NCBI RefSeq assembly: GCF_026210795.1
Contig: NC_089432.1
Span: 5,270,001 to 5,334,000, forward strand
Direction of reading: 5' to 3'
From: Rhizophagus irregularis
Taxonomy: Eukaryota
Length of the DNA stretch: 64,000 nt
The notes under the pieces are model-generated. The model had not been told where the DNA came from. It made no database searches and saw nothing but the letters and a program-made list of their open reading frames with translations. The translations under genes and the position numbers were made by a program. Positions 12,717 to 24,843 of the stretch are shown here, piece after piece. Position 1 is the first letter of the stretch; each line of letters starts with the position of its first letter.

Positions 12717-15700
12717 CTAGGGGTTAGATAAATAAACGGGGGGCCAACTCATAGGTTACACAGACTGATCAATAATAACCAGAACTGTCGCCATATGTAA
12801 TTTTATAAGTAACCTTATTAAAATATGATCGTACCCCATGTTTAAGATGAAAAATCAATTGATAATCATTATAATCCATGAAAAAATAATAATTGATCGG
12901 TAATAAAGAAACGCGAAACTATCTGAAAATATAATTTTTTGTCAAAGTTTCATGTTTATTTACTTTAAAAAACTTGATCGGCGGTTTAATACATCTAAAA
13001 TACATAGAAAATTTCGCTACAACTTGAAAATGGTAGGCATTAAAGGTTAGAAAAGCACAACTTTTATATTTTTTAAATAATATTAACATTTTTTATTAAA
13101 AAGTTTCAAAAAAAACGCGCAATTAATATAAACGAGAATAGTATTGATTTGCCAATACCAAAGCAGCAAAAAAAAGCAGAAGCATTACAAGAACTTGTAC
13201 ATACTAAGCCTAACCTTAAAGGAAAAATGGTATATTTTTTTCCAACATTAGATAAATATTTTGAAGGTGTGCTTATGTATGAAATAAAGGATAAGAAAGC
13301 ATATGTATATAGCGTCAAAGATAATCGCAAATTTGACACATTTTCCAAATGGATAGATTATTTGGGAAACCGAGGATATTTTAAAGGACGTAGGTCTGCT
13401 ACAGCAACCATTTTTTTGGAAGCAAATCCTACAAGTCCGTCAATTGCATCTATTTTATCTACATCAAATTCATTATATTGGAAAACATCATTGTTAATAA
13501 ACACTACAGATATTCTTTCATCAATTCAAGAAAAAGTTAAACCGGGAGGAGAGTTTTCTGGAACTGCAATACGAAAAATTAGTGAAGGTCTTGAACTTCA
13601 TTTTTTCAAAGAAGAAAAATCAGAAAAAAAGCTATTGATTCTAACTAAGAGTGGTTTATATAGATATGAAGTTTATATATTTGATCAAATAGTAAAAGAA
13701 AAATATCTTCCTTTTCCAACCAAAGAAATGAAAAGAACTCTTGATGAAATAATTAATTTTATTAGATATGTTTTTTCTGTTAGTATTTGTTATGGACAAA
13801 GTACTGCTGGTAATTAATTATTATTTTTTATTTTTTATTTATTTATATACGTAAATTTTATTTGATAATTTTTATTCAAAGGTTTTGAACAAGTAACACA
13901 TATTCGGGGTACTCAACTAGTTAGCAATAATAAAGATCATACTCCTTTTGCTTTAATGGAACGGATTGGTCAACCTGATGAGGTATATAGAAGAATAGAT
14001 TGTATACTTGTAATAACAGAAAAAAATATATGCAAAAATTGTGCAAAATTACGAAAAACTTTACAAAGAATTCAACAAAGAATTTTGTCTGGAACAAACT
14101 CAATAAAAGTAACACATGCATCAAAAGAAACTCTTATAAAAAAGGTTAGCCAACAGAGAAAGATTATTAAAGAACAAAATAATATAATTATTGATTTAAA
14201 AGATCATTTAAAAGAAAAAATTGAAAGGGAAGAAGAAGAAGCATCAGGTGAAATTGCAAATATTGTTCATACTGTTACTAAAGGTATTATTAACAAAGAT
14301 ATAGATATTTCTGCTTTTCATCCTATTTTTCAAGAACTTATTCGTATTCAAACTGAAAAACCAAATGGAACAAGATATCATCCAATGTAAGGTTAATTAA
14401 GATGATATTAAATATATATCTTATATTTTTAATTTTTTAGGTTTTTACGTTGGGCTATATCTGTATATAGTAGATCAGGTCATGCAGCTTATAATGCAAT
14501 GAAAACAATTATGCGTTTACCATCAATTTCAACACTTAAAAGTTATATTAACGAAAGTGAACAAAAATCAGGCTGGCAAGATAAAATTGCTAATCAAATA
14601 TTGGCTAATTTGACAATAAATAAAATTTGGGGATATGGAAGAGTGGGATTTTTTTCTCATGATTCTTTTAAAATTCAAAAAGGTAAAAATTATTATTATT
14701 TTTAAATTTTTTCAATAATTTATATTTAATTATTTAATTTGATTGTAAAACATCTAAAAATAGGTCTTCTTTGGAGTCAACGTAAAAATTGTTATGTTGG
14801 TTATTTGGATTTTGAAAATGAAATGCAAGAGTATGAGATGTTTGCTATGCAATGTAAACAAGAAATAGAATCAATATCAATAGAAGATAATTCTACATCA
14901 AGTAATAAACAAAAATTTGGACTTGCAACCCAAGTTCATCAAATTGTTTGGCATTCAATAACACATAATTTTGCATTTCCCATATCTTATTATGGTATTA
15001 ATAATATATCAGTACATAGTTTAAATACATTACTTTTTAATCTTGCAGCAAAATTAGAGTGTATAGGTATATATACATGTGGATCAATTTGTGATGGAGC
15101 AGGAGAAAATAGAATTCATATTAAAAGTTTTGATTGGTATGCATCAAAATGGACTTGTGGTGATATTGTAGAAGTTAATTTTAATAAAGATAAAACATCT
15201 TTTTATGCAGCAAAAATTATAAATAGTAATTTTGAAAAAACAAAATTTACTGTATGTCAACTTGATTGTAATAATCCTAAAAATATTGAAATTGAACGAA
15301 ATTTTATTCGTCCACCAATGCCTTCAAAATTGAAATGGAATGTCAATGAAATATGCGAATTTAGAAATCCAGATGATAATAAATGGTACTTAGGAAAAAT
15401 TATTGAGTTTGATCCAGTTGAAACAACATTATCTGTAGAAATTATAGAAGGAATATATGCAAAAAAGGGATGGAAAGTTTTTAGTTATCATATTAGTAAG
15501 TTTCTTAGACCTGTTTATAATAATCAAGAAATTTTATTAAATTATAAAACAATCAATCCTATTACAAGAGAAGAGTGGTTTTTTATTAGTGATCCAACAC
15601 ATGTTTTTAAAAAACTTAGAAACAACATATCAAAAAGTCATACAGGTGAAAAAAATGCAAGAGAAATAATGTTTAATAAAAAGGAAATTAGTTGGAAACA

Positions 15701-18285
15701 TATAAAAGGTGTATATGAATATACAAATAAACATGCAACTGCTAAAGCTACCAAACTTACAAAATGACATATATGGCTTACTTCATGGAGTAAGATGCGT
15801 GTTGATCTTGCTGAGCATACATTATCAAAAGAAGTTGAAGATGCACTAGCAACTATTAAAGAACTTAAAAATATATCAGAAGGAACAAGAGTAAGTAATT
15901 ATTAATTTATAATAATTAATTTCTTTAAAAAAAACTAATAATAATAATTTATTTTAAGGATTATATCAAATATTCACGAAAGTATCGTGAAATAATGCAT
16001 AGTAAAATTAATTTTCAATCTTTAGAAGATCCACGTATCAATACTTTAAAACAAATTCGTGATTGGTTTATATGTGGTGATAAACAAAAGACAGAATCTA
16101 AAGAGTGGATTTCATCACAATGCCAATTTGATTTGGTTTTATCTATCAATGGTTTTATTGGAATGCTTACATATATTTTAAATAAATATCCAAGTGCAAT
16201 GATTCAAGCAAAAAGGATTTCACAAGATATGCTTGAGGGACTTTTTGGTACAATCCGAGAACTTGGTGGAGACTCTTCCACCCAAACACTTAAATCTTAT
16301 GGACATGCCTTAAACAAATATCAAATTACAATGTTAGTTTCGTCAGAAATAAAGAGTGTTAATTATGGCAAAACAGATAGTACTGGAACTGGTATTACTA
16401 CTTTAGTAAGAAGCAAGGTATGCATATGTTATAAATTATATTATTATTACATCTTTATAAATTAAAATATTTTATTTACAATTAGAGATTATCGAAAAGA
16501 TAAACAAAAAACAACAAATAATGAAGAAAATAATTACATTTATCAAAAACATTTGGTTCGTTTGGCACAAATATCATCTCTTTCTCACAATGTGTTTAAA
16601 AATCTTCTTACAGATGATTTAATTATGGGGAAAATCAAGTTTCCATTAGGACCATACCATAAAAATGTTGATCAGGAAAATATTAGAATTTTTCGCCTAC
16701 AGAGTGAACGCCACCAACTTATAGAAACCATCCTTTATCAGGATTCTATTGATAAATTACTACAAAAGTGGCAAGATATTATTAAAAATATCGCTTGTAA
16801 AGCAATTCTTAAAAAAACAGGAATTCAATGGTTAGCTACTTGGAGCTCTTACCTTGAAAATTGTCTAAATAATTTTAAATGCTCAGGAGTCTGGTATCAA
16901 GATTTTCTTATTGCGTCCAATTTAAATGATTCTTCAACTAAAAGGCTCATTGCATACTTGCTTTTACAAGAGGTTATTAAAATTACCTTTAGTGAAAAAA
17001 CAGTATCAAATATCTCACAAACTCATTTAGCAGCAGACAATAATTTAAAACCAGAAAAAATTATTGTCTTGGAATCATCTGAGGCATCAAAATTTTCCTA
17101 CATCATTGGGTGGATTGTTTATAAGTTAACAAAGAATGACAATATAACAAAATCGCGTCCTGAATTTGAAGCAATTAAAACTCACCTTATGACTCTAAAT
17201 TCAGAACAAGTTGTTTATGAACAGGATGTTCGATCTCAAACAACAAATGTGATTCCCGGTCTGAAGTTTTTAGAATTTATGTATAAAATAGAATCATTAG
17301 TGTTATTATTATTTGAAAAGCATACGGAATTTGGACCCAATATTCTTCAATATATACACAATAGCTTATTATGTAACTTACCATTGTTAGAAAATTTTAA
17401 CACACTCATCAATATCTCTACTCAGATGCTTTCCACGTGTGACTCTATAAATATAACAAAATACGAGTTAAAAGATGATGCTAGAGAATTTCTTTATGAA
17501 AGAATTATTATTATTTATATGAAGAGTAGACAAAAATCCTGGCGAAAATTCAATGATCTCATCCCGAAAAAGGAACCTCAAGCCTTAGGGAAAATCTTAA
17601 AGCTATGCGTAATGATACTGAAAATAACATACCTACTTTAATAAAAAAGTCCAACTTACCAAAAGATCCTATGCTTGGTTTGGTGCAACTTCAAATCTGG
17701 GCACAGTTGGATGGTGCTGAAGGATTATTCTCAAAATTGTTTCTAGTGAGTGAGTTACAATGGTTACTTTGGGCATTTGGAGATAATATAAATAACAAAA
17801 GAAAAAAGAGTTTAATACCTTTAATTTTAGAACACCTGAAAAAGGGTACTTCTTTTTCCAAAGAAGCTATATCAAAGGGTCAAATATTTACAGTTTGAAT
17901 TATAGAATAGTTGTTAATGAAGTCTATTATCCAAATATTTGGTATATAAATAAAAAATAACATTAAAACGGTGCTTAAAGTAAATTGCTACAGTAAATTA
18001 GCTTATTCCAAGGAAAAAAATAACAATTTACAAAAGCTATAGTGACTCAATTGAAATAAAACAACTTTTCCTATATAGACCTAACTTGAGTAATCTTAGT
18101 TTTTAAGATCGGCTGCTTTTCTATGAATGCGCGTCGAAAAAAAATTAAAAAAAAGTAAAAATTTGCGCAATTTTATAGTAGATTTCGATTGTGTAACCAA
18201 TTTATGGTGGCGACAGTTCTGGTTATTATTGATCAGTCTGTGTAACCTATGAGTTGGCCCCCCCGTTTATTTATCTAACCCCTAG
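12717..18285 (+). mobile_element. P-element-superfamily DNA transposon, 5,569 bp
   Basis: 77/78-bp TIRs starting CTAGGGGTTAGATAAATAAACGG (12717-12793 and 18208-18285), differing by one base in a G/C run. 7-bp TSD atagttt at 12710-12716 and 18286-18292. Encodes a P-type transposase. Confidence 0.92.
13030..17898 (+). pseudogene. P-element/THAP9-like transposase, multi-exon, with internal tandem Agenet/Tudor-like domains; disrupted
   Basis: ATG at 13030, then a GT-AG intron to in-frame 13104. Motifs RLPSISTLKSY, SHDSFKIQKG, GYLDF, ICDGAGENR, FISDPTHVFKKLRNN, ISWKHI, SKMRVDLA, RISQDMLEGLFGTIRELGG and YIIGWIVYKL are typical of P transposases. In-frame TGA at 15765-15767 and a 1-bp frameshift near 17565. 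Confidence 0.88.
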
Positions 18286-18961
18286 ATAGTTTGATTTGTA
18301 AAATAAATAACTGAACCGGATCGGTGGGTCAGCGGTCGGGTTCAAAAATTTATTTTGTCCCAGGTCTTATGAAAACAGCTGTAAAACTGCAGTTTTCAAC
18401 CAAAACCAAACCGACCACAAAACCGACCGATAAAACTGAACTACAAAACCGATTGCAAAACGACTGTAAAACCGAATAAAATAATGACATAAAGTATTAA
18501 CTATAATTTTTTGTAATAATATTCGCAATTTTTTTACAACAATAACGCCGATGTTGTGATTTTTCAGAGAAACGAAAAATCACGCAATCAACGAGTAAAT
18601 TTGGATAATTTCAAAAATGAGAATACTATACACAAAAACACTAAAATCATAGTTTTTAATGATATTCTCAATAAACAATGAAATCATTTTTTTTTTCGGA
18701 ATATATTAAAAATTTACAATTAACCTATCGGTTTTTTGATCGGTTTTTTATATATAAAACCAACGGTTAACCGGTCGGTCTTGGACTGAAACCGAACTGA
18801 TAACCGAACTGGTAAAAACTGGTTATGATCGGTTATAACCAAACTTTTGGCATCCTTAATCCATATTGCCTTGGATCTCAAATTATTTTAAAAAATTTAC
18901 TCTAAAATAAATGATCAATTCCTTGTTGCAGATCATTAAAACAATCCCTTCCCACTTAACA

Positions 18962-20407
18962 ATGTCTTGGCAAGAAAATGTTAATGATGATTATGAAAAA
19001 TTATTTGAAGCTGACGAAGGATATGACGTTATTATTTATGCCGGTGAAAATGAAAATGTTAAAGAACTACATGCGTATTCAAATATTTTACGTATCAGGT
19101 CTCAATATTTTCATACAGCACTTTCTGATAAATGTGCAAAGAAAAAGGATGGAAATTTTATTTTAGAAAAACCAAACATTTCTCCAATTATTTTTAAAAT
19201 TATTTTAAGGTAATAAATATATCGTATCTATAAATGTGCTGTATATACTACTGCCTATATACTGTTAAACACTTAATTAATATCTTTCAAAAAATTCTTA
19301 AGATTTTATTTATTGTGGAAAAATTGATTTCACAAAAATTAGAGGTACCCGAATTATTGAAGTTGTTAATAGCAGTTGATGAACTTAGTATTCAATCTCT
19401 AATCCTCATATCGAGGAATATTTAATTAAACATCAATACGAGTTTTTACAACAAAATCCTATAGGAATCCTTGAAACAATTTATCAATATGAAACTTTTA
19501 CAAGTTTATTGGATTATTGTCTTAATAAAATTTGTGAAGAACCTGAAATATTATTTAATACTGACAAGTTTATCAACTTAAAAACACCTATAATTGAATT
19601 GCTTATAAAACAGGATGATTTATGGTTAAAAGAAATTGAAATATGGGATAACTTATTGAAATGGACTTTTGCACAAACTCCTAATATTTCAAAAGATGTC
19701 ACTAAATGGAACAAAGAGGAAGTTACAATTATGGAAAGAACTCTTCATAGATCAGAAGATTTTCATGATAAAGTATTTCCTTATAAAGAAATATTGCCAA
19801 AAGATTTAATTAATAACCTTTTTACAATTTATTTAGTACCAAATAGAAAAACAAATATTAAAATGATTCAGTTATTGTTGATTTTCAACATTTTGCATTA
19901 TTTGCCAGTTGGATTGATAAGAAAAATGGCAATTATTTAAGAAATACTCACTATAATTTCTATCGTTCTAGTAGCGATGGTAATACTATTGCAAAATTTC
20001 ATGAAAAAACTGATAATAAAGGAGCTAATATCGTCGTTGCAAAAATTAAAAATACAAATCAAATAATTGGAGGATATAATCCATTGGATTGGAGTATGTT
20101 TAATAATCGTATGAGTTTTAGAATTACAGCTGATAGTTTTATATTTTCATTTAAAGATTACAAAAATACTGATACAGGGAAGATTGGAAGAGTGATTAAA
20201 AAGGAATATGCTATATCTAGTTCTTATGGTCCAATTTTTGGTTCAAGTCATATAATAGCCAGTTGTTGCGATATAGAGCTGCGTTCAAATGGTAGCAAAT
20301 GGAGTTCATATCCAAATTGTTATCCTGATATTGATATCCCAATAAATTATGAGACTGAAGATTATAAAGTATTTCAAGTTGTTAAAAGAATTAAAAAACA
20401 ATTATAA
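18962..20407 (+). pseudogene. BTB/POZ-BACK-TLDc protein pseudogene
   Basis: BTB motif YDVIIYAGENENVKELHAYSNILRIRSQYF. BACK-like segment EIEIWDNLLKW. TLDc motifs KFHEK.DNKGANIVVAKIKNTNQIIGGYNPLDW, DSFIFSF and YGPIFG. Several frameshifts/deletions near 19305-19420 and 19860-19960. Confidence 0.85.
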
Positions 20408-21097
20408 ATTTACGTGTTGTAAATTAATATTCTAAGAAACCATTTTTCTAAATAAAAATATGTATTTTTTAGATTAAATTGCCGTGGGTAAGCCACATGA
20501 AAATAATATTACTCACTTATAAATAAATTTGTTGTTCACTTATTATACTGTAATTACATTTTGATATTCTAAACCTATATTTACTACTAAATATACTGAA
20601 TATTTAATAATTAAATGATCATAAAATTATTTTAGCGACTAGGTTTGAGATTGAACTTAGTTCAAAGATCCCAGCTTTATACAATGATGTTTTCAATTAT
20701 AATATTTCTGAATACTTGAACTTTCAAGAATTATTGCGATATTTCAATTTCTCCAAACATTTTAAAAATGTTTCAAGGTAATAAATATAGTTCTCGATTG
20801 TAATTATGTAAATAGATTACTTGGGTTATAATACTTTATTCAATCTTTAACCTTGTTAAAAGAGACTCATTTAATTTTAGATATATTGTTCAAAATTTTA
20901 AATTTGCAAAATTTGCAATAAAATTTATAATATTTCGCTAATTTTGACAATATGAGGTTTTAGATGATGATGTATGTTACATTATTATATGCAAGGACGG
21001 ATGCTTGTTGATAACTGCTATTTTTAAAATATCCTTGATTTTATGTATTAAACAAACAACTAAAGTTTAGAGAATTTAGAGTAAAATTCAATTTAAG

Positions 21098-21403
21098 CTA
21101 TTTAAAAATCAATTTGGTCATGTCTTCCAAAACATTTTGTACAACATCTACTAGTATAAGAAATACGAGTAACGATATTAATCTTGTACCAAACACCCGG
21201 TAAATAAGATAAAATAAACCCAAGTAAATAAAAATCAATAAAATTATAATTAAACCATAAATTGTAGCTCGGTAGGGATTAAGGTAAAATTGCCGAAAGA
21301 AATAGTATAAAAAAGGTAACAAAATTGACGTTATGCCAATATTATTAACCACCATAAAAAAAAACCCGAGTAAACTTGTGATGAGCGCACTAAATAACAA
21401 CAA
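21098..21403 (-). CDS. Possible small membrane protein (101 aa, about 3 hydrophobic segments)
   Basis: Hydrophobic ORF from the ORF track; the start codon is non-ATG and no family was recognised. Confidence 0.25.
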   Translation of the reverse strand: MLLFSALITSLLGFFFMVVNNIGITSILLPFLYYFFRQFYLNPYRATIYGLIIILLIFIYLGLFYLIYRVFGTRLISLLVFLILVDVVQNVLEDMTKLIFK

Positions 21404-22241
21404 CCAGGAGCCCTTTTTTTCACGTTTACATGAAAATTGAAATTGTTCTTACAAACAATAGAAATCTTTTCATCAGAGTCCACATGAACTTTTCAAAATT
21501 AAAATTTAAAACAAGAGTAAAATGTACCTACATTTCAATCCCGATCGAAGAATTAAATTAGAAAATATTTCCGTATTCAGAACGCTCTCTAAAAAAATAA
21601 AGGTACATTTTCCTGGGCGCTTTCTGGACAAAAAAAAAAAAATTCTTTTGTGTGTGTATTTTGACTATTTTCTGCTCAAAAACGCCTAAAAGATGATCTT
21701 TTATGTTTGTAATAATCAATATGGCAATTACACGGAAAGACCAAGTAGCTCAAGAAATTCAGTGATTGTTTCTATATTATTTTTTTCTTTTCATATAATA
21801 ATAATAATATTGCATAAATGAAAATTTGAATTATCTATTTATAGGATAATAGTTATTATTAAAAATATATTTACAGTATATCCTAATGTTTAAATTTGCC
21901 TGAGAAATCTTTAACGTTATTATTAATATAGTCAAACTTTTCAGCTTACTTACATTTGCCGGTGGATATCTGAATTTCATCCGACTTTCATTTTCTCTAT
22001 TGGACATTTTTACAGATCTCAGGTTGGTGTAATCAAATCAAAATAAAAATGTGATGGGTTTGAAGTAAAGTTCGCGCAAAAAAAAAAGCTTTTGGTTGAA
22101 GCTTTTGTCGCGTCGATGATTGTAATTCTATACATTCTGTTAAAATTCTTTTTCTATTTATGTAATAAAAGTGTAAAGTAAATTTTGTTTATTCCTATTT
22201 ATCATTTACATGTGATGTATGTATAGTAAAACACTTTAATA

Positions 22242-22329
22242 CAGTTAATTCTCTCTAAGTGCACATTAAATGCGCATTTTTCAAATTTTCATCATGGTCC
22301 TAAGGAGGGTGCACTTAGAGAGTTGACTG
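22242..22329. mobile_element. Tiny pogo/Tc1-like MITE (88 bp)
   Basis: Imperfect TIRs cagttaattctctctaagtgcac and gtgcacttagagagttgactg, each flanked by TA. Confidence 0.7.
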
Positions 22330-24062
22330 TATAATTATTAATTATTTAGGACCGTTGTAGATGTTATACAAAGATACCTTTTTTTCAAAAATAAAAATAA
22401 TTTATAATAATAATAAACCAGTTGATTTCTTTTCCTTTTATTTATTTTTTTTTTATTTTAGTAACGCATTTCTTTATTAATATAAAAAATATATAAAAAA
22501 TAATATAGATTACATATTATCGCCGTTTTCAAAATGGTGCGATCTTCAACCATGTGGACCCGAAGATACCTTTAGCTAAACATTCTATCTAAGAACTAAA
22601 TCTATATTACAACTAAGGTCCAAATGCGCTCTAACTATTTCACCAAATCTACTTAAACTCCCAAAGAAAAAATAATAAAATAAAATCCTATATAAAATAA
22701 TAGAAGCAAATAAAAAAATTATAAATTAGACGGAACAAGATTTATATCTATCCAAACATATATAAAAATTTTGTTCTAAACTATGTCTAAGCTATTTATG
22801 ATCCTCAGTTTATGAATCGTTTCGTTGTAATGTAATTCTACCAATCAATTCACGTCACTTTCAGAATCTCAACTATTAATAGTATCCATCCTAACGTATT
22901 ACAAAACAAAAATCAATATATCCAATCTCATATATGAAATCCCAAATTCACTTTCACTACGTCGAAATACGCTTGCATCTTGCAACGCTTCTACAGTATA
23001 AAAGAAGAAACATCGAACTCTGAGTGAAAAAATATATTTTTAAATCATGAATGGATTCTATTATTCTATTACCAGACTCATACTTGAATAATTAATTAGT
23101 AATTCTTTTGATTGAAATATCGAACAAACTAGTTTATATGATTATATTCTAAAATATTTTGATATTAAGACAGAGCCTCGAAATGTATACCGATACAAAA
23201 AGATCAGAAAAAATCTTACATTATCTATATGTGTCGGAATTATGATAATTTCAGTTAGCGTTTAAGAAAGGTAATAGCGGCATTATCTAAAAAAAGAGAA
23301 TTTTATATGATTTTTTGGCTGTTGTATGTATAAACTTCTTACGCACATGTAAGGTTAGACTTAACTTACCATGATTATTTAAAGAAAGGAAGTCGACAAA
23401 GAAATTTATTTTTGCTACAAATATAATAAAATTTCAAAACCAGCTTATTTACACTCATCCCTTACTATATTGTGGTGTGGGGTGTAGTTTTAGATTAAAT
23501 ATTCGAATACCATTAATATTCACCTGATTTATGTCCTGATATTTCTTTCTTCTTCATCAAATATACCATTGTGAAAGCGGAGATAATTCATTATTAATTA
23601 TTAAAGTAAATATTGGAGAAATAGTTTCATGCACGATAAATTATAATTCAACAGATGGAAACTGAGTTACTTTTGTGAAAAGGAAGTACAATACTGTATT
23701 CGATTTAAATTTAAAAATTTTAAAGTTCTCTAAATGATTACTTGAAGACTTGAATAAATTAATAAAATTAATAAATCATTTCATTTTACTTGTATACACA
23801 AATTCAGAATTATTATTTCGTGGGATCTACTATCTTGGAGTAATATAATAATACATTTATGATACGCGTTTAAAAAATTAATATATAACTCAAACATGTT
23901 TGCTATTTACTCTTTAATTATTATAAATCTTGGAGAATTAATCTAGTTTTTTTGTAAACTGATGTCATATATAAATAAATAATTTGACGCACCAGTGACT
24001 CAATCTTCTTCTTTACTACTTCTCACCCTTTTTGCACTCTATTATTCCTGAAAAAAAAAAGA

Positions 24063-24200
24063 ATGACAAAATTAAATAATGATATTCTTTATAAAATTTT
24101 TTCAAATAATTTATAAAAAATCTCTACATTCTTGTTTGTTAGTAGTTAACAAGCTTTGGTATGAAGTCATAACTCCAATTTCATGGAATTATAAAAAATA
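24063..24200 (+). pseudogene. F-box protein N-terminal relic
   Basis: MTKLNNDILYKIF...SLHSCLLV..NKLWYEVITPISW with frameshifts, resembling the N-terminal F-box motif common in Glomeromycotina. Confidence 0.55.
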
Positions 24201-24533
24201 TGTTTGAGAATTCATAATTCAATTAATTTTTAAAAGATGAAAATAACTTCATCTATAAAAATTTTTAGTTTAGACTAACTGCGTTAATTTTATGAAATTT
24301 CAGAAAAAATTCTAGTGTATAAAAAAGGAAAAAAAGGTACTTAAAAAAAAAATTTCGGTTTATAAGAATAAATTTCCCAGTTTATAAAGAATCGAAAAAA
24401 AATAAAACCCGAAAAAACATTTAAAAAAAAAATAATTAAAAGTAAAAAAAGTCCGACCTTTTGCGATGCAATCTGCTGCGTCCATTTGCATCGCCAAAAG
24501 AAAATCTATCAGAATGTACACATGATTTCGATA

Positions 24534-24843
24534 CATCACGGCGGATTTATGAAATACCCTAAATTTGTCCGTCATGTCAAATTAAATAAATATTTGACAG
24601 TCTTTTAGTCACCAAATTTCCCAAATTTATTAGTGAACAGTCAAAAATGAGCCCTAAAAAATTTTTTTGTACCCCAAATCTTGCGTCTAACCAATTTTTC
24701 CGTTACCTAACCAATTTTTCCAGTGTTAAAGGTGCGTCATATTTGACATTTTTTAGGAAAAAAGCTTAATGTTTCTATAAGTCAATTTTAATTCCCGAGG
24801 GCGCAGCAGGGTTTTTGCCAAATTTCATAAATCCGCCGCAATG
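24534..24843. mobile_element. MITE-like insertion (310 bp)
   Basis: TIRs catcacggcggatttatgaaat and atttcataaatccgccgcaatg. The paralogous spacer shows the empty site (cacatgactccgac|aaccaatc, about 44971-44992). No clear TSD. Confidence 0.7.

Larger units (their letters stand above)
12638..18381. mobile_element. Tc1/mariner-type MITE (about 168 bp without its insert), nested in the hAT MITE
   Basis: 21-bp perfect TIRs cagctgttttcataagacctg (12638-12658) and caggtcttatgaaaacagctg (18361-18381), flanked by TA on both sides. Related end sequence in the element at 45202-45973. Confidence 0.75.
12609..18858. mobile_element. hAT-type MITE (about 500 bp once the nested inserts are removed)
   Basis: TIRs taaggatgccaa (12609-12620) and ttggcatcctta (18847-18858). 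8-bp TSD atccatat at 12601-12608 and 18859-18866. Subterminal aaccg/cggtt repeats at 18400-18840. Confidence 0.85.

Noticed and set aside
15765..15767. TGA as Trp/Sec recoding or an alternative genetic code
   Set aside because: Trp is encoded by TGG throughout, TGA also ends the gene at 17898, and an independent frameshift points to decay.
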